Virus record (IMG/VR): IMGVR_UViG_3300025652_007805 | Span: 1-64,000 of that record | Length of the DNA: 64,000 nt | Source of the DNA: an uncultured virus (IMG/VR IMGVR_UViG_3300025652_007805) | Taxonomy: Duplodnaviria > Heunggongvirae > Uroviricota > Caudoviricetes | Strand: one strand, 5' to 3' | Part shown: positions 37,545 through 48,231 of the stretch, piece by piece | Position numbering within the stretch: position 1 is the stretch's first letter | Layout of the letters: each line of letters starts with the position of its first letter | The notes under the pieces: generated by a model | Told to the model about the DNA's origin: nothing | Databases searched by the model: none | The model's input: only the letters and a program-made list of their open reading frames with translations | Position numbers and translations under genes: made by a program

Positions 37545-39096
37545 CTTTTTCTACTCTGAACTTGAACAAATATGGCTGCTCTCTATAAGAGGAGACCGAA
37601 TCTTCGTAAAAACTATACTGAAATGCGTAAGTGTATCCTGCTTCAAGCATGGTTAAGTCAAGATCAAAATAATTACCAGAAACATCATAAGACAACATAG
37701 AGTAGTTGTTATCGCTTGAGCCAGTGCCATAAGGAATAACAATCTTTTGATCAATTGTTCTAATCACTTGATATGAAGCACTTTCAATAATTAAGGTTGG
37801 GACATTTGCTTGTGCTTTTGTATAAATATTTGGGCACCAATTCTTGTCTCTCACATACAGCTTAAATCTTTCTGTTTCTGCGTTAGAATATGATTCTTTA
37901 AGATAAGGCATTGAAACAACATATTTCCCATTTGGATTGATGTTTGAAGCTTCCAAAGTGATTGGCTCTATTGTTCCTGTGTGGAACTGAATTGATGCAG
38001 ATGAGGCATTTGCTATGGCATCAGATCCGCTAAACCAAACATCATAAACTGTTTCCAAATCTGAGGAGCCTGTGGTGGCTAAAGAACACTTATATATACC
38101 GGTTGAAACATGACTCCCTGTTGCAGCAAATTGATTGTCACTGCTAACATGTGTTCCATCTGCGACTAAACTTAATGGATGACCGGTTGGAGTGGTATTA
38201 TCCGAAGAACCAGAATAGAGGCTAACATATATACTATCTGTTCCAATACTTGGTATATCTTTCAACCTACCTCTAACATAATTATATAAAAAGACTGTGT
38301 TCAAATTATCAGCAGCAGGGGCAAGCGATGAACTAAAAAAGAAAGTTCCACGTTGATCTTTTAAAGTAGAATCCCACCTTGCTTCAAGAGTTGGTTTTTT
38401 AAAAAAGAATTCACTACCTCTTGCGAAGAATTGCTTAGTGTAATAGGATACAACCGCTCCTTCAAGGTTTGTTGAGCTTGTTGCTTCATAAGAAGCTGAT
38501 AGTTTTACTAAAACGCCATTGTTGGTTTTTGATCCAAGAACATTGCCGCCACTATTAATCCACTGTTCGACGAGCGTTGTGATATCAACAGATAAATCTT
38601 CAGTCCCAATAGGAAACGATTGTTCAAAAGAAGAACTAGAGTCTGTATAAATATCTCCGCCAGCGGTAGTCCAAGAGGTGCTACCTGCTTTTCTTATCCA
38701 ATTTGACCCTATTTTGTCATAAGTTAAATCTGTATAATTGTCCAAATCTAAACCATAGCCCTCTTCCCAAACTCCATTGATAGCATTAACAGTTAATTTA
38801 AAGTCTCTTGGTAAAGTCGTGGAGTGTGGAGCATTATATAAATTTAAGAAGAAATTAACACTACCAGAAGCCGGTATGGTTCCTGCTGTTCTATCAGAGG
38901 AAATATCTGAAATTGGGAATTGAACTAAAATTCTGGATAATTCAGAAGATCCAGAAGATTCTTGACCATAAATTGAAAATGTCTCCAAAACATCAGCGGC
39001 ACCAGCATTTGATCCGGTTCCTCTAGTTTGCAAATTTGATTCAAATGCATTTGTTATAGAGTTGTCTGCATTCGCTGTGTATCTTTTAATAGCCAT
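37534..39096 (-). CDS. Virion structural protein (DNRLRE/CBM96-like N-terminal domain)
   Basis: ADNSI, SRILVQF, WEEG.G, WTTAGGD, DITTLVEQW, NNGVLVK, KPTLE. Confidence 0.55.
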   Translation of the reverse strand: MAIKRYTANADNSITNAFESNLQTRGTGSNAGAADVLETFSIYGQESSGSSELSRILVQFPISDISSDRTAGTIPASGSVNFFLNLYNAPHSTTLPRDFKLTVNAINGVWEEGYGLDLDNYTDLTYDKIGSNWIRKAGSTSWTTAGGDIYTDSSSSFEQSFPIGTEDLSVDITTLVEQWINSGGNVLGSKTNNGVLVKLSASYEATSSTNLEGAVVSYYTKQFFARGSEFFFKKPTLEARWDSTLKDQRGTFFFSSSLAPAADNLNTVFLYNYVRGRLKDIPSIGTDSIYVSLYSGSSDNTTPTGHPLSLVADGTHVSSDNQFAATGSHVSTGIYKCSLATTGSSDLETVYDVWFSGSDAIANASSASIQFHTGTIEPITLEASNINPNGKYVVSMPYLKESYSNAETERFKLYVRDKNWCPNIYTKAQANVPTLIIESASYQVIRTIDQKIVIPYGTGSSDNNYSMLSYDVSGNYFDLDLTMLEAGYTYAFQYSFYEDSVSSYREQPYLFKFRVEKDEY

Positions 39097-40892
39097 TATT
39101 TAACAGTTCCTTTAATATCTAAGTCGGGGTATTTTAATTCAGCAATAACGTTTTGCGGCATTTTTATAAAAGTTCCGTCGCGTGATAATGCATCACGAAA
39201 ATTTAAAGCCGATGAAGAATAATTTCCGCCAGTTATATTTTCCAAAACTACGTCTTTTACGCTTGTTACGCCATCAATGTCATTTAATCTTTGATATATT
39301 CTTGTTATATATATTGGCTCCCCAACATAAGACACTTCTTTGAAATATGTTTTTAAGTCTTCTATACACTCTGCTAACACAGAATCAGTGTCAAATCTTT
39401 TATCTATTTGAGCTACAAAATCAACCGAAAAATTGATTACTTTTACATCCATGATATCCACAACATCATTAAGCATTTTATATGAAGTGAGCCAATTTTT
39501 TAAATTATTTTTTGTAACGCTGTTGGTAGCGGCCAACTTTCCTTGTGAATCTTCTGAAACAACATATAAAGATAATCTTCTGTTTGTTGAAGAGGGGTCA
39601 TTAACAATGTTCGCTCTTTTAATTGCGCCAAATTTAGCAGGCATGTTGTAAACTAATGATTCATAATCTTGTTTTGAGACGGCACGATTTTGAGCGGAAT
39701 AAGAAGCTATTGCTCTCTGCTTTAATTCTTCCAATGTTATGTCTGCATTTACAGAAGTTATCGGCAATTCATTTGTTATTTCTAAAGAATTGGATACAGT
39801 GTTTTTCTTGTCTTGGTCTAAATCAGCGTCAACATCAAAAACCAATTCACTTTGCGACACTATAGAAACACTATTTGTTCCAACACTGCTTCCGACCTGA
39901 TCATTGGATCTATATGCAATAGTTAAAGTTGTATTAGAGGGAGAAATTCCGAGTTTATTGGTTGATATCAGTTTTGTTGGGTCAAAAGAGTTTTCTGATA
40001 TTGTTCTTTTACCGTGTAAGTTCAAAGCTATTTTAGAAGGATCGGTTAACCCAGTAGCGTCTTCACCCTCAGAGCCGAAACCAAACTGAATGTATGTTCC
40101 TTCGTCATCTCTTTGTGTAACAAATCTTCTAGTAGCTACAAATGGTTTAATTATTGATCTCACTCCGTCTGCTATAGCATTTTGGTTTGTTGTTTCTATA
40201 AAGATTACTTCTTGTGCTAGGTTATCGACTTCATAATATTGATTACCCTCAGAATCAAATACACTTTGCACTTCGCTTATTGTTGAGTCGCCGATTCTAA
40301 TTCTCTTGAATCTTTCAAAAACAGATTCCACTTCCACTTCAGTTGAAAATATCAATCCAGATTGTATCATACCATTTGCCTTTACTGCAAAAAAGGTAGT
40401 GGCTCCTGTTGTTTCATTAAATCGGGCAGCTACAAATTCATTTTTAGCATCATTAAATACTATATCTTCTGTTAAAGCAAAATTCACACCATTGCCTGTT
40501 GAAAAAACCGAACCTCTTTTCAAAGTTGGTAAAAAAGTTAAATCTGGTGCGGTTCCTTCGGCGTTTGCTGGGCATAGCACATATGCTGTGATGACTCCAT
40601 ATGACGAGGGTATCCCTGTATAGTTGTACCCTAAAGCTCTTGCGTGTTTTCTAACATTATCAAATTCTATAGCCGTGTCTAAAAAACTTTCATTTACACT
40701 GTAATCTACATAATAAGATAAAACATCACCAACATATGCAACACTATCTAAAATCATTGACCCAAAAGAAGCATCCGTAAAGTCTTTATAAGACTCAGGA
40801 TAATACCTTTTAGCATAGTCCACCAGATCTTGTTTTATCGAGGCAAACTCTCTACTGGTGTAGTTTATATTAATATTTTTACTTTTCGGCAT
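39096..40892 (-). CDS. Baseplate wedge subunit (T4 gp6-like)
   Basis: NYTSREFASIKQDL...DFTDASFGSM...AYVGDVLSYY...NESFLDTA; AQNRAVSKQDY. Confidence 0.88.
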   Translation of the reverse strand: MPKSKNININYTSREFASIKQDLVDYAKRYYPESYKDFTDASFGSMILDSVAYVGDVLSYYVDYSVNESFLDTAIEFDNVRKHARALGYNYTGIPSSYGVITAYVLCPANAEGTAPDLTFLPTLKRGSVFSTGNGVNFALTEDIVFNDAKNEFVAARFNETTGATTFFAVKANGMIQSGLIFSTEVEVESVFERFKRIRIGDSTISEVQSVFDSEGNQYYEVDNLAQEVIFIETTNQNAIADGVRSIIKPFVATRRFVTQRDDEGTYIQFGFGSEGEDATGLTDPSKIALNLHGKRTISENSFDPTKLISTNKLGISPSNTTLTIAYRSNDQVGSSVGTNSVSIVSQSELVFDVDADLDQDKKNTVSNSLEITNELPITSVNADITLEELKQRAIASYSAQNRAVSKQDYESLVYNMPAKFGAIKRANIVNDPSSTNRRLSLYVVSEDSQGKLAATNSVTKNNLKNWLTSYKMLNDVVDIMDVKVINFSVDFVAQIDKRFDTDSVLAECIEDLKTYFKEVSYVGEPIYITRIYQRLNDIDGVTSVKDVVLENITGGNYSSSALNFRDALSRDGTFIKMPQNVIAELKYPDLDIKGTVK

Positions 40893-40917
40893 TAATGTGG
40901 AACTCCGTAATTCACAA

Positions 40918-40924
40918 TAAATAG
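40918..40924 (-). promoter_or_regulatory. Putative late-promoter motif CTATTTA
   Basis: Intergenic, 25 nt upstream of gp6-like ATG 40892. Confidence 0.55.
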
Positions 40925-40932
40925 ATTTCTAG

Positions 40933-41310
40933 TTAAATATTTGTTATATCTAAGTCAATAGAATCCACAATTTGTGCAAATTCAATTTCATAGTTCAATT
41001 TAATGTTTATGCTTATGTCATCTATTGGTCTAATAGACAGTCTTATAATTGTTATGTAAGGTGCATATGTGGCTATTTGTTCTACTATTCTTTGTTGTGC
41101 ATCATTTATTAACTCAAAAGAACCTTGTTCAAACAACAAATTCATAATACCAACGCCAAAATCAGGTATCATTATTCTTTCACCAGGGTTTGTTAAAATG
41201 ATGTTTTTTAGATTAAATCTCACCGTTTCTTGAAGATCTGCTAGTTTATACCCTGCATTATCTTCGGTGATTTCTAATGGAAACGATACACCTGGTGTTT
41301 CTTTTGGCAT
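40933..41310 (-). CDS. Baseplate protein gp25/GPW family
   Basis: NLKNIILTNPGERIMIPDFGVG. Confidence 0.9.
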   Translation of the reverse strand: MPKETPGVSFPLEITEDNAGYKLADLQETVRFNLKNIILTNPGERIMIPDFGVGIMNLLFEQGSFELINDAQQRIVEQIATYAPYITIIRLSIRPIDDISINIKLNYEIEFAQIVDSIDLDITNI

Positions 41311-41321
41311 TTATTTATCCT

Positions 41322-44300
41322 CTATCTTTTTATATTAAATAATCCACCGAACTGATTTTGACACTCTTTGCCTTCTTTATCTGTTGGTTTATTTGGTTTT
41401 ATTCTTCTTCTGGTCAACCAAGATACTTCCTCGGTGAGTGCTGTAGCGGCATATGACTTTGCAAGGGCTTTTTGTGCTACTAATGATAATTCATCAATTT
41501 CTTCTTCTTCGTTTGGAGGGTCAAAATCATTTCTTTTATAATTTGATACAAAAATCTTTCTACACTCACTTCTTGAATCATTGAAAAAGTCCGAACGATC
41601 GTCTGCGTCTGGTAAATCAATATCACCTCCAAACAAATCAGCAAATACAGATATATCTGGTTCTCTTCGTTCTCCTTGTCCTAAGCCAATCGATGGAACG
41701 AAATTTAAATCAGAATAACAAGCAAGGGCTGATCCTATTTTTTTAACATTCAATATCTTGTTAAGAATTAAATTATACTCTTCAGATTGTGCAAGTCCAT
41801 CGATAAAACATTTTAGATCTTGATTGAAATCTTCTGTTGCTGTTTTTAACGAAGATAGTTTTACATCAATAATATCCTTTTCATATGTTGCAAGGGGGAA
41901 ATGCAAACATCGACCAACACTTGGCATATTGATAGCAAAAGTTCTTTCTTGTTTTGATTTCTCCATTATTTCTGATAAATCTGATCTTGTTAATAAATTA
42001 ATATTATTTATGAGTTCTTCTGGTGCTATATAAACAAGCCTGACTCCAAACTTGATTCCAATTGATCCAGTATAACCCTCTTCGACTTCAGAAGAAATTT
42101 TAGCATCGCCAAACCAATCAGAAATATTAACATCGTCCGGTATTTCCTGTGTATTTAGGAAATCAATAAATTCTTGTATATTTTGGATCCCAGAAGGAAG
42201 ATTATCTGGTCTTGAAACAGCGGTTGCTTCAGCAATTTGTCCCGGTGTTTGCGCAACTGTTAAGCCCAATATACTTGTGGATTCTGGTATTTTTGGAACA
42301 GCCCTTAAATATTTTTCCAAATAAAGTCCACCCGATTGTTTGATGTTTTGTTTTTCTTGAGAGGATAAAGAATTCTCAAGAAGTCGGTTGACTCCATCAT
42401 CTTGGGCACAATGATTTATGGTTCCATAATATTCTGTTGAAGATTGTGTAGTTTGATCTATACCAGAAGTCCCACCAATGGGAACCTCAACATCGTATAT
42501 ACCGGCTCTAATATTATTTCCATAAAGTACTTTAGAACCTCCGATAAAGAATTTATTAATGTCATAAATCAAAGGTCTTGGGTTTAATTCGGAAGCCAAT
42601 TTTGTAGAGTAAAACTGAACCTGTTCTCTGATTAGTCTCTTCAAAAACACTTTACAAGACTCTTCGTTCTCTGCTATTGTTGCTATTTTTGCAGAAAAGT
42701 TCATTTGTGCTTGGGTCCAAAATCTAAATCCACCGCCAAACATTATTGTTATTTTGTCTTGCTCGTCTCCAAAGTCATCGGCAATTGTTTGAAAAAAGCC
42801 AGTTTTAAGAGTTTTATTCCAATCTTTTGTGTTTCTAGAGATTAAATAGCCGCCAACTGCTGGGTATGCATATACATCGTCAAAGTCATTTCTAGCAGCA
42901 TTTAAAAACTCTGATACATTTTGAGGGGGAGGAGAAATCTGTATTTTAAAAGCATTATCAAATAAAGCACCGGTATCTCTTGAGGGCTTCACATATGCTA
43001 TCTGAGCATTGTTTATTGTTTCCATTGCTACTTCTGTTTCCGCATCAACAGTCATTTCTCCAAGTTTTATTTTTCTATTATAAACTTGAGCACATTGTTC
43101 TAAAAATAATAGCCAGTATGTGTAACCTTCATAAGTTGAAGCAAAGAAACTTCTTTCATTTGATAAACCTTGCTCCATTTTAGAAACTATGTATTCATAA
43201 ATTAATTCTTCATAATTGTTATTATTTAAAGCCAAATTGCCATGAATCCCAAAAGAATTAATAATAAAATGTGTTAAATATACTCTTATTGTTGCAGTGA
43301 TTGATTGTTCCAATGCAGCGAGAGTTGCTGGTGAGGCTATTTTTTCAAAAGGTATTTCATCAACACATTCAGGAGATTGTGATAACTTTTCACTTGGCTT
43401 TATCTTATCTTCTTTTGTAGCCATTTCGTTTTCCAATTGTTCTAATTGAAGAAAATTAGTAGCCCTTGGATTGCAGCCATCAATATTTGGGACTAATATT
43501 TTACTAAAAGCAAGCCACCCACGGGGTAAGTCGGGCTCTATATAAATGTTTGGTGTCTCATAGGTTCCTCCGTGCTTTAAGGGATCTAAGAATTTAACTC
43601 TTGGGTTGTTCGTTAAACTTCTTCCCAAGACGGCTTCGTCTTCGTCATATGTATAATCTGTCGCACCAGGGAGAGGATTTACATAAGTTAAATCGTCAAC
43701 TGTTATGAGTTTCTGGTCTGAGCCGCCGTGAACAAATCCATTTGAAATGTTTCCATTTTCATCGCTCAAAATACTGTTTTTAAAATCACCAAATAATATG
43801 TTATTAATATTTCTAACAATATTTCCTATTTCTTCTATTGGAAGATCAAGAGTATCAGAAATAACTGTAAGTTTAGATTCCAAGTAATTTTTAAGAATAT
43901 AGTTTTTATAATTATTGCTCAAGTTACCTGGTGTGGGGTCATAAGATAGTTCTGTGTTTGATGGGACAAACTCACTTATAAACTGTGTTTCGCTGGGTGT
44001 GTTTATATTTTCAACAATAATATCTTTCATTGGAGGAACAGTATAAGTGCCTTGTCCCATAGAAAAACTATAATTAAAATTATTATTGTGATATTGTTGT
44101 CCTTGAACTTCAACAGGGTAAGAATCTTCTAAAATAAGTTTTGTGATATATCTATCTGAATACTGTAATCCATTCTCATAATCAAGAAATACTTTTAAAT
44201 CCTGACCGTAAAACAAATTGGAATTAAGGAGTTTAGCTCTCATTTGAGCACCAACAGTTTCTGGGAAGGGTGCCTCATTATCAAAAAGACCAATAACACA

Positions 44301-47300
44301 AAGTAATCTGAAAAATAAGTTGTTTCTTACTCTCATATGTTTAGCATAATTGTATCCAATTGAATCTGCTGTTATCATCAATAAGATTCCAATTGAATCA
44401 GTAAATTCAAAAGGGTTCTCTTCTACTGTATCGTCAATGAAAGCCTTTTGAAGACGAGCGAAAGCACCTTTTGCTAGTTGTTCTTTTTGTTTTTCTAATT
44501 CTTCTGGTGTCTTCAATAAAGACTTGTCAACTGAACAATCGGGATCAGGAGGGGCAAACAAGTTGTCTATTTCGTCTTGTAGAATACCCTCTGGTCCTTT
44601 TGCAAGTATATCTGCGAGATCTGCTAAATCGGATCTTGCTCGGTCTCTTTGATTATCAACAAAATCATTAGCAATATTTGGATCCCCAATTTGATTAGCA
44701 TAAATTACTTTCAAATTATTATAGTATTCTTTTGCTTGGTCATTTGTCAAACAAATGCTTGGATCTAATGGAAAGAATTGTTGCGGATCAGCAGCGATTG
44801 CAGCGGCTCTTTCTCTTTGTTCTTCTGATAGATAGTTACCGGCTGATTGCAGCACACTATCTAAGCCATTTGAGGTTCCAAGCGTTGAGGCATAGTCTGG
44901 GTGTACTATCCCTATTGTTCTTGATACGTTTTCAAGAAAGTTTGGATCCGCTTGTCCCGTCATTGCTTTTAAATAATCTTGTTCTGATCCAAGAGTGGAT
45001 AGTGTTTCAAGAACTTCTTTTGGTGTTGTTGTTCCTCTCTTTGGGGCACCACTTAAAGAAAACAATTTATCTACACTTTTATCTTTCTCGTCGCTATCTA
45101 ATTGGTCTCCACAAACAGCATCAGAAAGTATCTCTGTGATTGAGCGATCAAATCTTCCACCACTTCGAGAGGCAAAATATAAATCTTGTGTAAGTTCGCT
45201 AGAAAAAGTTAATGCTTCACAGATTCCCGCTTCAAGTGCTTGTATCGATTTTAACATCAAAGCGGAAACAATTTGAGAAGTTGTTTTTTTGAACGCAAAC
45301 ATAAATGCGTCTTTAAAACTTCCCCAAACATCATACAAATCAGGGAGTTGTTTTAATTGCGGTAAAGAAAACGGTCTTGTTTTTCCTTTGCCGCAAGCAC
45401 CAAGTGTAAATGTTCCCAAAAACTCGTCTATTGGAGGATAAGCGAAAGAATATTTTGGACAATCAAAAGAAGCAAAAAACTCTCCAACAATAGAAGCACC
45501 TGGTAGTTTTTCTAATCCAGTTAAAATTTCTTGAACTGAGGCATTTTCAATAATGGCGTTTCCATATGCTCTCATCAATTCCTTCTGGACATTTCCAACG
45601 GCTCTACCGTAAGTTCCTTGTCTTACTTTATCCCCTTCTTGAATGGAGGCATAATCTAGTTTTTGCTTTTCCTTGTCTATAATCTTTTGTTGCTCTTCGG
45701 GTGTTTTATCAGCAAAACCAATCGTATCAGAATTCGTTTTGAGTTCTTCTAAAGCCCTGTCTTCTGATTCGGCTAACTGTTGTTTTATACTTGCTTCTTG
45801 TGCTTCAAGTTCGGTTATTTTTCTCTGTTTATCGGCTTCCCATTGAGATTCTTCAATGGGAACGAATTTTGCATCTTTTGCAGCCTCTAATTCCTGTTCA
45901 GCGGTAGCCAATGCTTCAATTGCTTGTTGTTCGTTTGCCTCAGCCTGTTCGTATCTCGTCTGGGCGGTATCTCTTATTTGTGAAGCGGTATTGATTGTGG
46001 CTTGTGTATATGCGGTGTCTAATGCTTCTTCATAATTTAGTTGTGCTTCTGTTAATTCTTGTTCTCTGATTCTGACTTGTCCAGAGGCTGCTGCTGCTTG
46101 TATTCTTAATTCTCCGACCCTACTTTCTTTTCTCGCTATATTTTCTGATTTTTTATCGTTTTCTGCTCCAAAGTCCTGCAAATATTTAAGGAATGTTGAA
46201 TTTCTAACATCGGTTAATTCTGCCTGTACCACTGGTAATTGTGCGTTTAATTCATCAAAAGTAGTATATACTGCGGCACTTTGATTTATATTCTCTTGGG
46301 CTTGTCTATCATATGCAGCCTCAACATTACCTGGGTCGTATCCAACTTCCCACGGAGCAGGCAAATCTTTAAATTCTTTTTCAACTGTTTCTCTGACTTT
46401 CCGTTGTTTATCGGCAGGTAAGCCAGATAAAAGGATTTCCATACCTTCTGTTGTTACAGAGCCCATTAAACCTTTGATAATCTCTCTATAACCTTCTTCC
46501 ACAGTCATACCAGACAAGAGACACTGGACTCCTTTAAGAGTTAACTTTCTCCAGTTACAGGGGTTTATCTTATCAAATAGCTTGGCTAATTTGCTATCGT
46601 CTATATCTTGTGTGCTTTTGATATCTTTTATCTTTTTGTCTTCTGTTAGACCTTTTTCTTTTAAAGTTCTTTTTTCTTGCTCTTTCCGAGCCTTTTCAAG
46701 TTTCTTTAGATCTTCTTCGCTTGAAAATACCGTTATCTTGCCCTTGTCTTTATCTGATAGGAGACGGCAATTATTTTTATTAAATTGATATGCGAGCGAT
46801 TCAAAGAAACTCATTGATGAGTTCAAAATAGCATCGTCAAGATCAGAAAATTTATCTAACAAACAGCCAAATGCATTTGACTTTGCGTCCAAAGAACTAC
46901 CATAATTTACTGATACAGCGGGAAAAGTGTGCTCTACAATAAAATCTATCCAAGGTGGATTCTTTTTAGCATCAACTTGTGTTCTGATTTCATCATAATT
47001 TGCTATATAACCCATCAATGTTTGGTCAAAAAAACCAATATGTCTGATATTGTCTCCAACTGGCTGTTCAGGGTTTGGTTCTGGTGGGAGTTTTAGTATA
47101 ACCTCTTTGCAACCAACAGGTTTTATTGTAATTGTGTCTGCTAATTTAAAAGGTCTATTTTCATCAGACTTATCAAATTTTAATTCTATCTCTTCAATGC
47201 TCTTTGAACTCTCAAACGAAAGGACCGCACCAAGGGAGGAATAGTAATCATATCCCTTTGATTCTAAAAACTTTGATAGCAGGTCTTCAAACCTCTCAAA

Positions 47301-48224
47301 TCGACCAGACATAAATTTAGCATAAAACGGGACCTCTTCTCCTTCCACAAGTTGAAATAATCTTCCGTCTTCTGTGTGTTTAAAATAAGACTGGAATTTT
47401 GAAAACAATACAAAAATTGATTCCATTTTAGCAATCCAAGTTGTAAACTCTGGTACTTTAAACTTTACTGATTCTATGTTTGTGTCTACCTCGGAAATAA
47501 CCGGGGCTTTTGGAACTTGATCAAAAATGTGAGCAGGGATCGTTACAAGAACAGCCATCATACCATTTGCAGCACCATAAAAATGATAATCAGCAGATAA
47601 TGCAAATAATTCAAGTGCATTATAGTTGTCTATAGTCGGCAAACTTTCTATATCTTGTTGTTCTTTTCTTGCCCATTCATAAAACGAAACATCAGAATTT
47701 AATGAAGCATAGTGTTTTCTCTGTCTGATATATTTTTTTGCTTCAGTGGTTGTAAAAATAGAACAGTTATCATTAGCACAAACTAGTTCGTCACTTTCTA
47801 ATTTACCATAATGCCGAAGCATTGATCGAATACCGGGTTTTACAAAACTTCTTTTAATTCTATCAAATTTTTCGTCATTCTTTATTTGTTGTTGTTCAGC
47901 CATTTGTGAAGAGACAGCACTCATAGGGGCTGATAGCGGTATACCAGATTCTGCTATTGAGATAGTCGTTCCCTGTACGGGATCTAAAATGTTTTTCAAA
48001 TCACTTAATCTATAATTATCGCCGCTTTGGTTGACAAAGACAGCGACGGAGTATTCACAAGTCTTTTCATTTAACCATGGTTCTGTTTGTTTCCACCACT
48101 CTGGTGGGATATAAGAAGGGCTTGGGACACAAGTGGGGCACACCCTATCAATTGTTTGCTCTTCGGGCAATACAATTTCACAAGGATCTTGTTGTATATT
48201 TATAAATTTTGATTTATTAGCCAT
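41322..48224 (-). CDS. Giant 2300-aa hypothetical protein with central Ala/Glu/Gln coiled coil
   Basis: Uninterrupted ORF between gp25 and hub-like genes. Confidence 0.7.
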   Translation of the reverse strand: MANKSKFINIQQDPCEIVLPEEQTIDRVCPTCVPSPSYIPPEWWKQTEPWLNEKTCEYSVAVFVNQSGDNYRLSDLKNILDPVQGTTISIAESGIPLSAPMSAVSSQMAEQQQIKNDEKFDRIKRSFVKPGIRSMLRHYGKLESDELVCANDNCSIFTTTEAKKYIRQRKHYASLNSDVSFYEWARKEQQDIESLPTIDNYNALELFALSADYHFYGAANGMMAVLVTIPAHIFDQVPKAPVISEVDTNIESVKFKVPEFTTWIAKMESIFVLFSKFQSYFKHTEDGRLFQLVEGEEVPFYAKFMSGRFERFEDLLSKFLESKGYDYYSSLGAVLSFESSKSIEEIELKFDKSDENRPFKLADTITIKPVGCKEVILKLPPEPNPEQPVGDNIRHIGFFDQTLMGYIANYDEIRTQVDAKKNPPWIDFIVEHTFPAVSVNYGSSLDAKSNAFGCLLDKFSDLDDAILNSSMSFFESLAYQFNKNNCRLLSDKDKGKITVFSSEEDLKKLEKARKEQEKRTLKEKGLTEDKKIKDIKSTQDIDDSKLAKLFDKINPCNWRKLTLKGVQCLLSGMTVEEGYREIIKGLMGSVTTEGMEILLSGLPADKQRKVRETVEKEFKDLPAPWEVGYDPGNVEAAYDRQAQENINQSAAVYTTFDELNAQLPVVQAELTDVRNSTFLKYLQDFGAENDKKSENIARKESRVGELRIQAAAASGQVRIREQELTEAQLNYEEALDTAYTQATINTASQIRDTAQTRYEQAEANEQQAIEALATAEQELEAAKDAKFVPIEESQWEADKQRKITELEAQEASIKQQLAESEDRALEELKTNSDTIGFADKTPEEQQKIIDKEKQKLDYASIQEGDKVRQGTYGRAVGNVQKELMRAYGNAIIENASVQEILTGLEKLPGASIVGEFFASFDCPKYSFAYPPIDEFLGTFTLGACGKGKTRPFSLPQLKQLPDLYDVWGSFKDAFMFAFKKTTSQIVSALMLKSIQALEAGICEALTFSSELTQDLYFASRSGGRFDRSITEILSDAVCGDQLDSDEKDKSVDKLFSLSGAPKRGTTTPKEVLETLSTLGSEQDYLKAMTGQADPNFLENVSRTIGIVHPDYASTLGTSNGLDSVLQSAGNYLSEEQRERAAAIAADPQQFFPLDPSICLTNDQAKEYYNNLKVIYANQIGDPNIANDFVDNQRDRARSDLADLADILAKGPEGILQDEIDNLFAPPDPDCSVDKSLLKTPEELEKQKEQLAKGAFARLQKAFIDDTVEENPFEFTDSIGILLMITADSIGYNYAKHMRVRNNLFFRLLCVIGLFDNEAPFPETVGAQMRAKLLNSNLFYGQDLKVFLDYENGLQYSDRYITKLILEDSYPVEVQGQQYHNNNFNYSFSMGQGTYTVPPMKDIIVENINTPSETQFISEFVPSNTELSYDPTPGNLSNNYKNYILKNYLESKLTVISDTLDLPIEEIGNIVRNINNILFGDFKNSILSDENGNISNGFVHGGSDQKLITVDDLTYVNPLPGATDYTYDEDEAVLGRSLTNNPRVKFLDPLKHGGTYETPNIYIEPDLPRGWLAFSKILVPNIDGCNPRATNFLQLEQLENEMATKEDKIKPSEKLSQSPECVDEIPFEKIASPATLAALEQSITATIRVYLTHFIINSFGIHGNLALNNNNYEELIYEYIVSKMEQGLSNERSFFASTYEGYTYWLLFLEQCAQVYNRKIKLGEMTVDAETEVAMETINNAQIAYVKPSRDTGALFDNAFKIQISPPPQNVSEFLNAARNDFDDVYAYPAVGGYLISRNTKDWNKTLKTGFFQTIADDFGDEQDKITIMFGGGFRFWTQAQMNFSAKIATIAENEESCKVFLKRLIREQVQFYSTKLASELNPRPLIYDINKFFIGGSKVLYGNNIRAGIYDVEVPIGGTSGIDQTTQSSTEYYGTINHCAQDDGVNRLLENSLSSQEKQNIKQSGGLYLEKYLRAVPKIPESTSILGLTVAQTPGQIAEATAVSRPDNLPSGIQNIQEFIDFLNTQEIPDDVNISDWFGDAKISSEVEEGYTGSIGIKFGVRLVYIAPEELINNINLLTRSDLSEIMEKSKQERTFAINMPSVGRCLHFPLATYEKDIIDVKLSSLKTATEDFNQDLKCFIDGLAQSEEYNLILNKILNVKKIGSALACYSDLNFVPSIGLGQGERREPDISVFADLFGGDIDLPDADDRSDFFNDSRSECRKIFVSNYKRNDFDPPNEEEEIDELSLVAQKALAKSYAATALTEEVSWLTRRRIKPNKPTDKEGKECQNQFGGLFNIKR

Positions 48225-48231
48225 TTTTTAC

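Noticed and set aside
41322..48224. Firm tape-measure protein call
   Set aside because: Only a minor part is coiled coil; no TMP repeats and no tail tube or chaperone neighbours are visible
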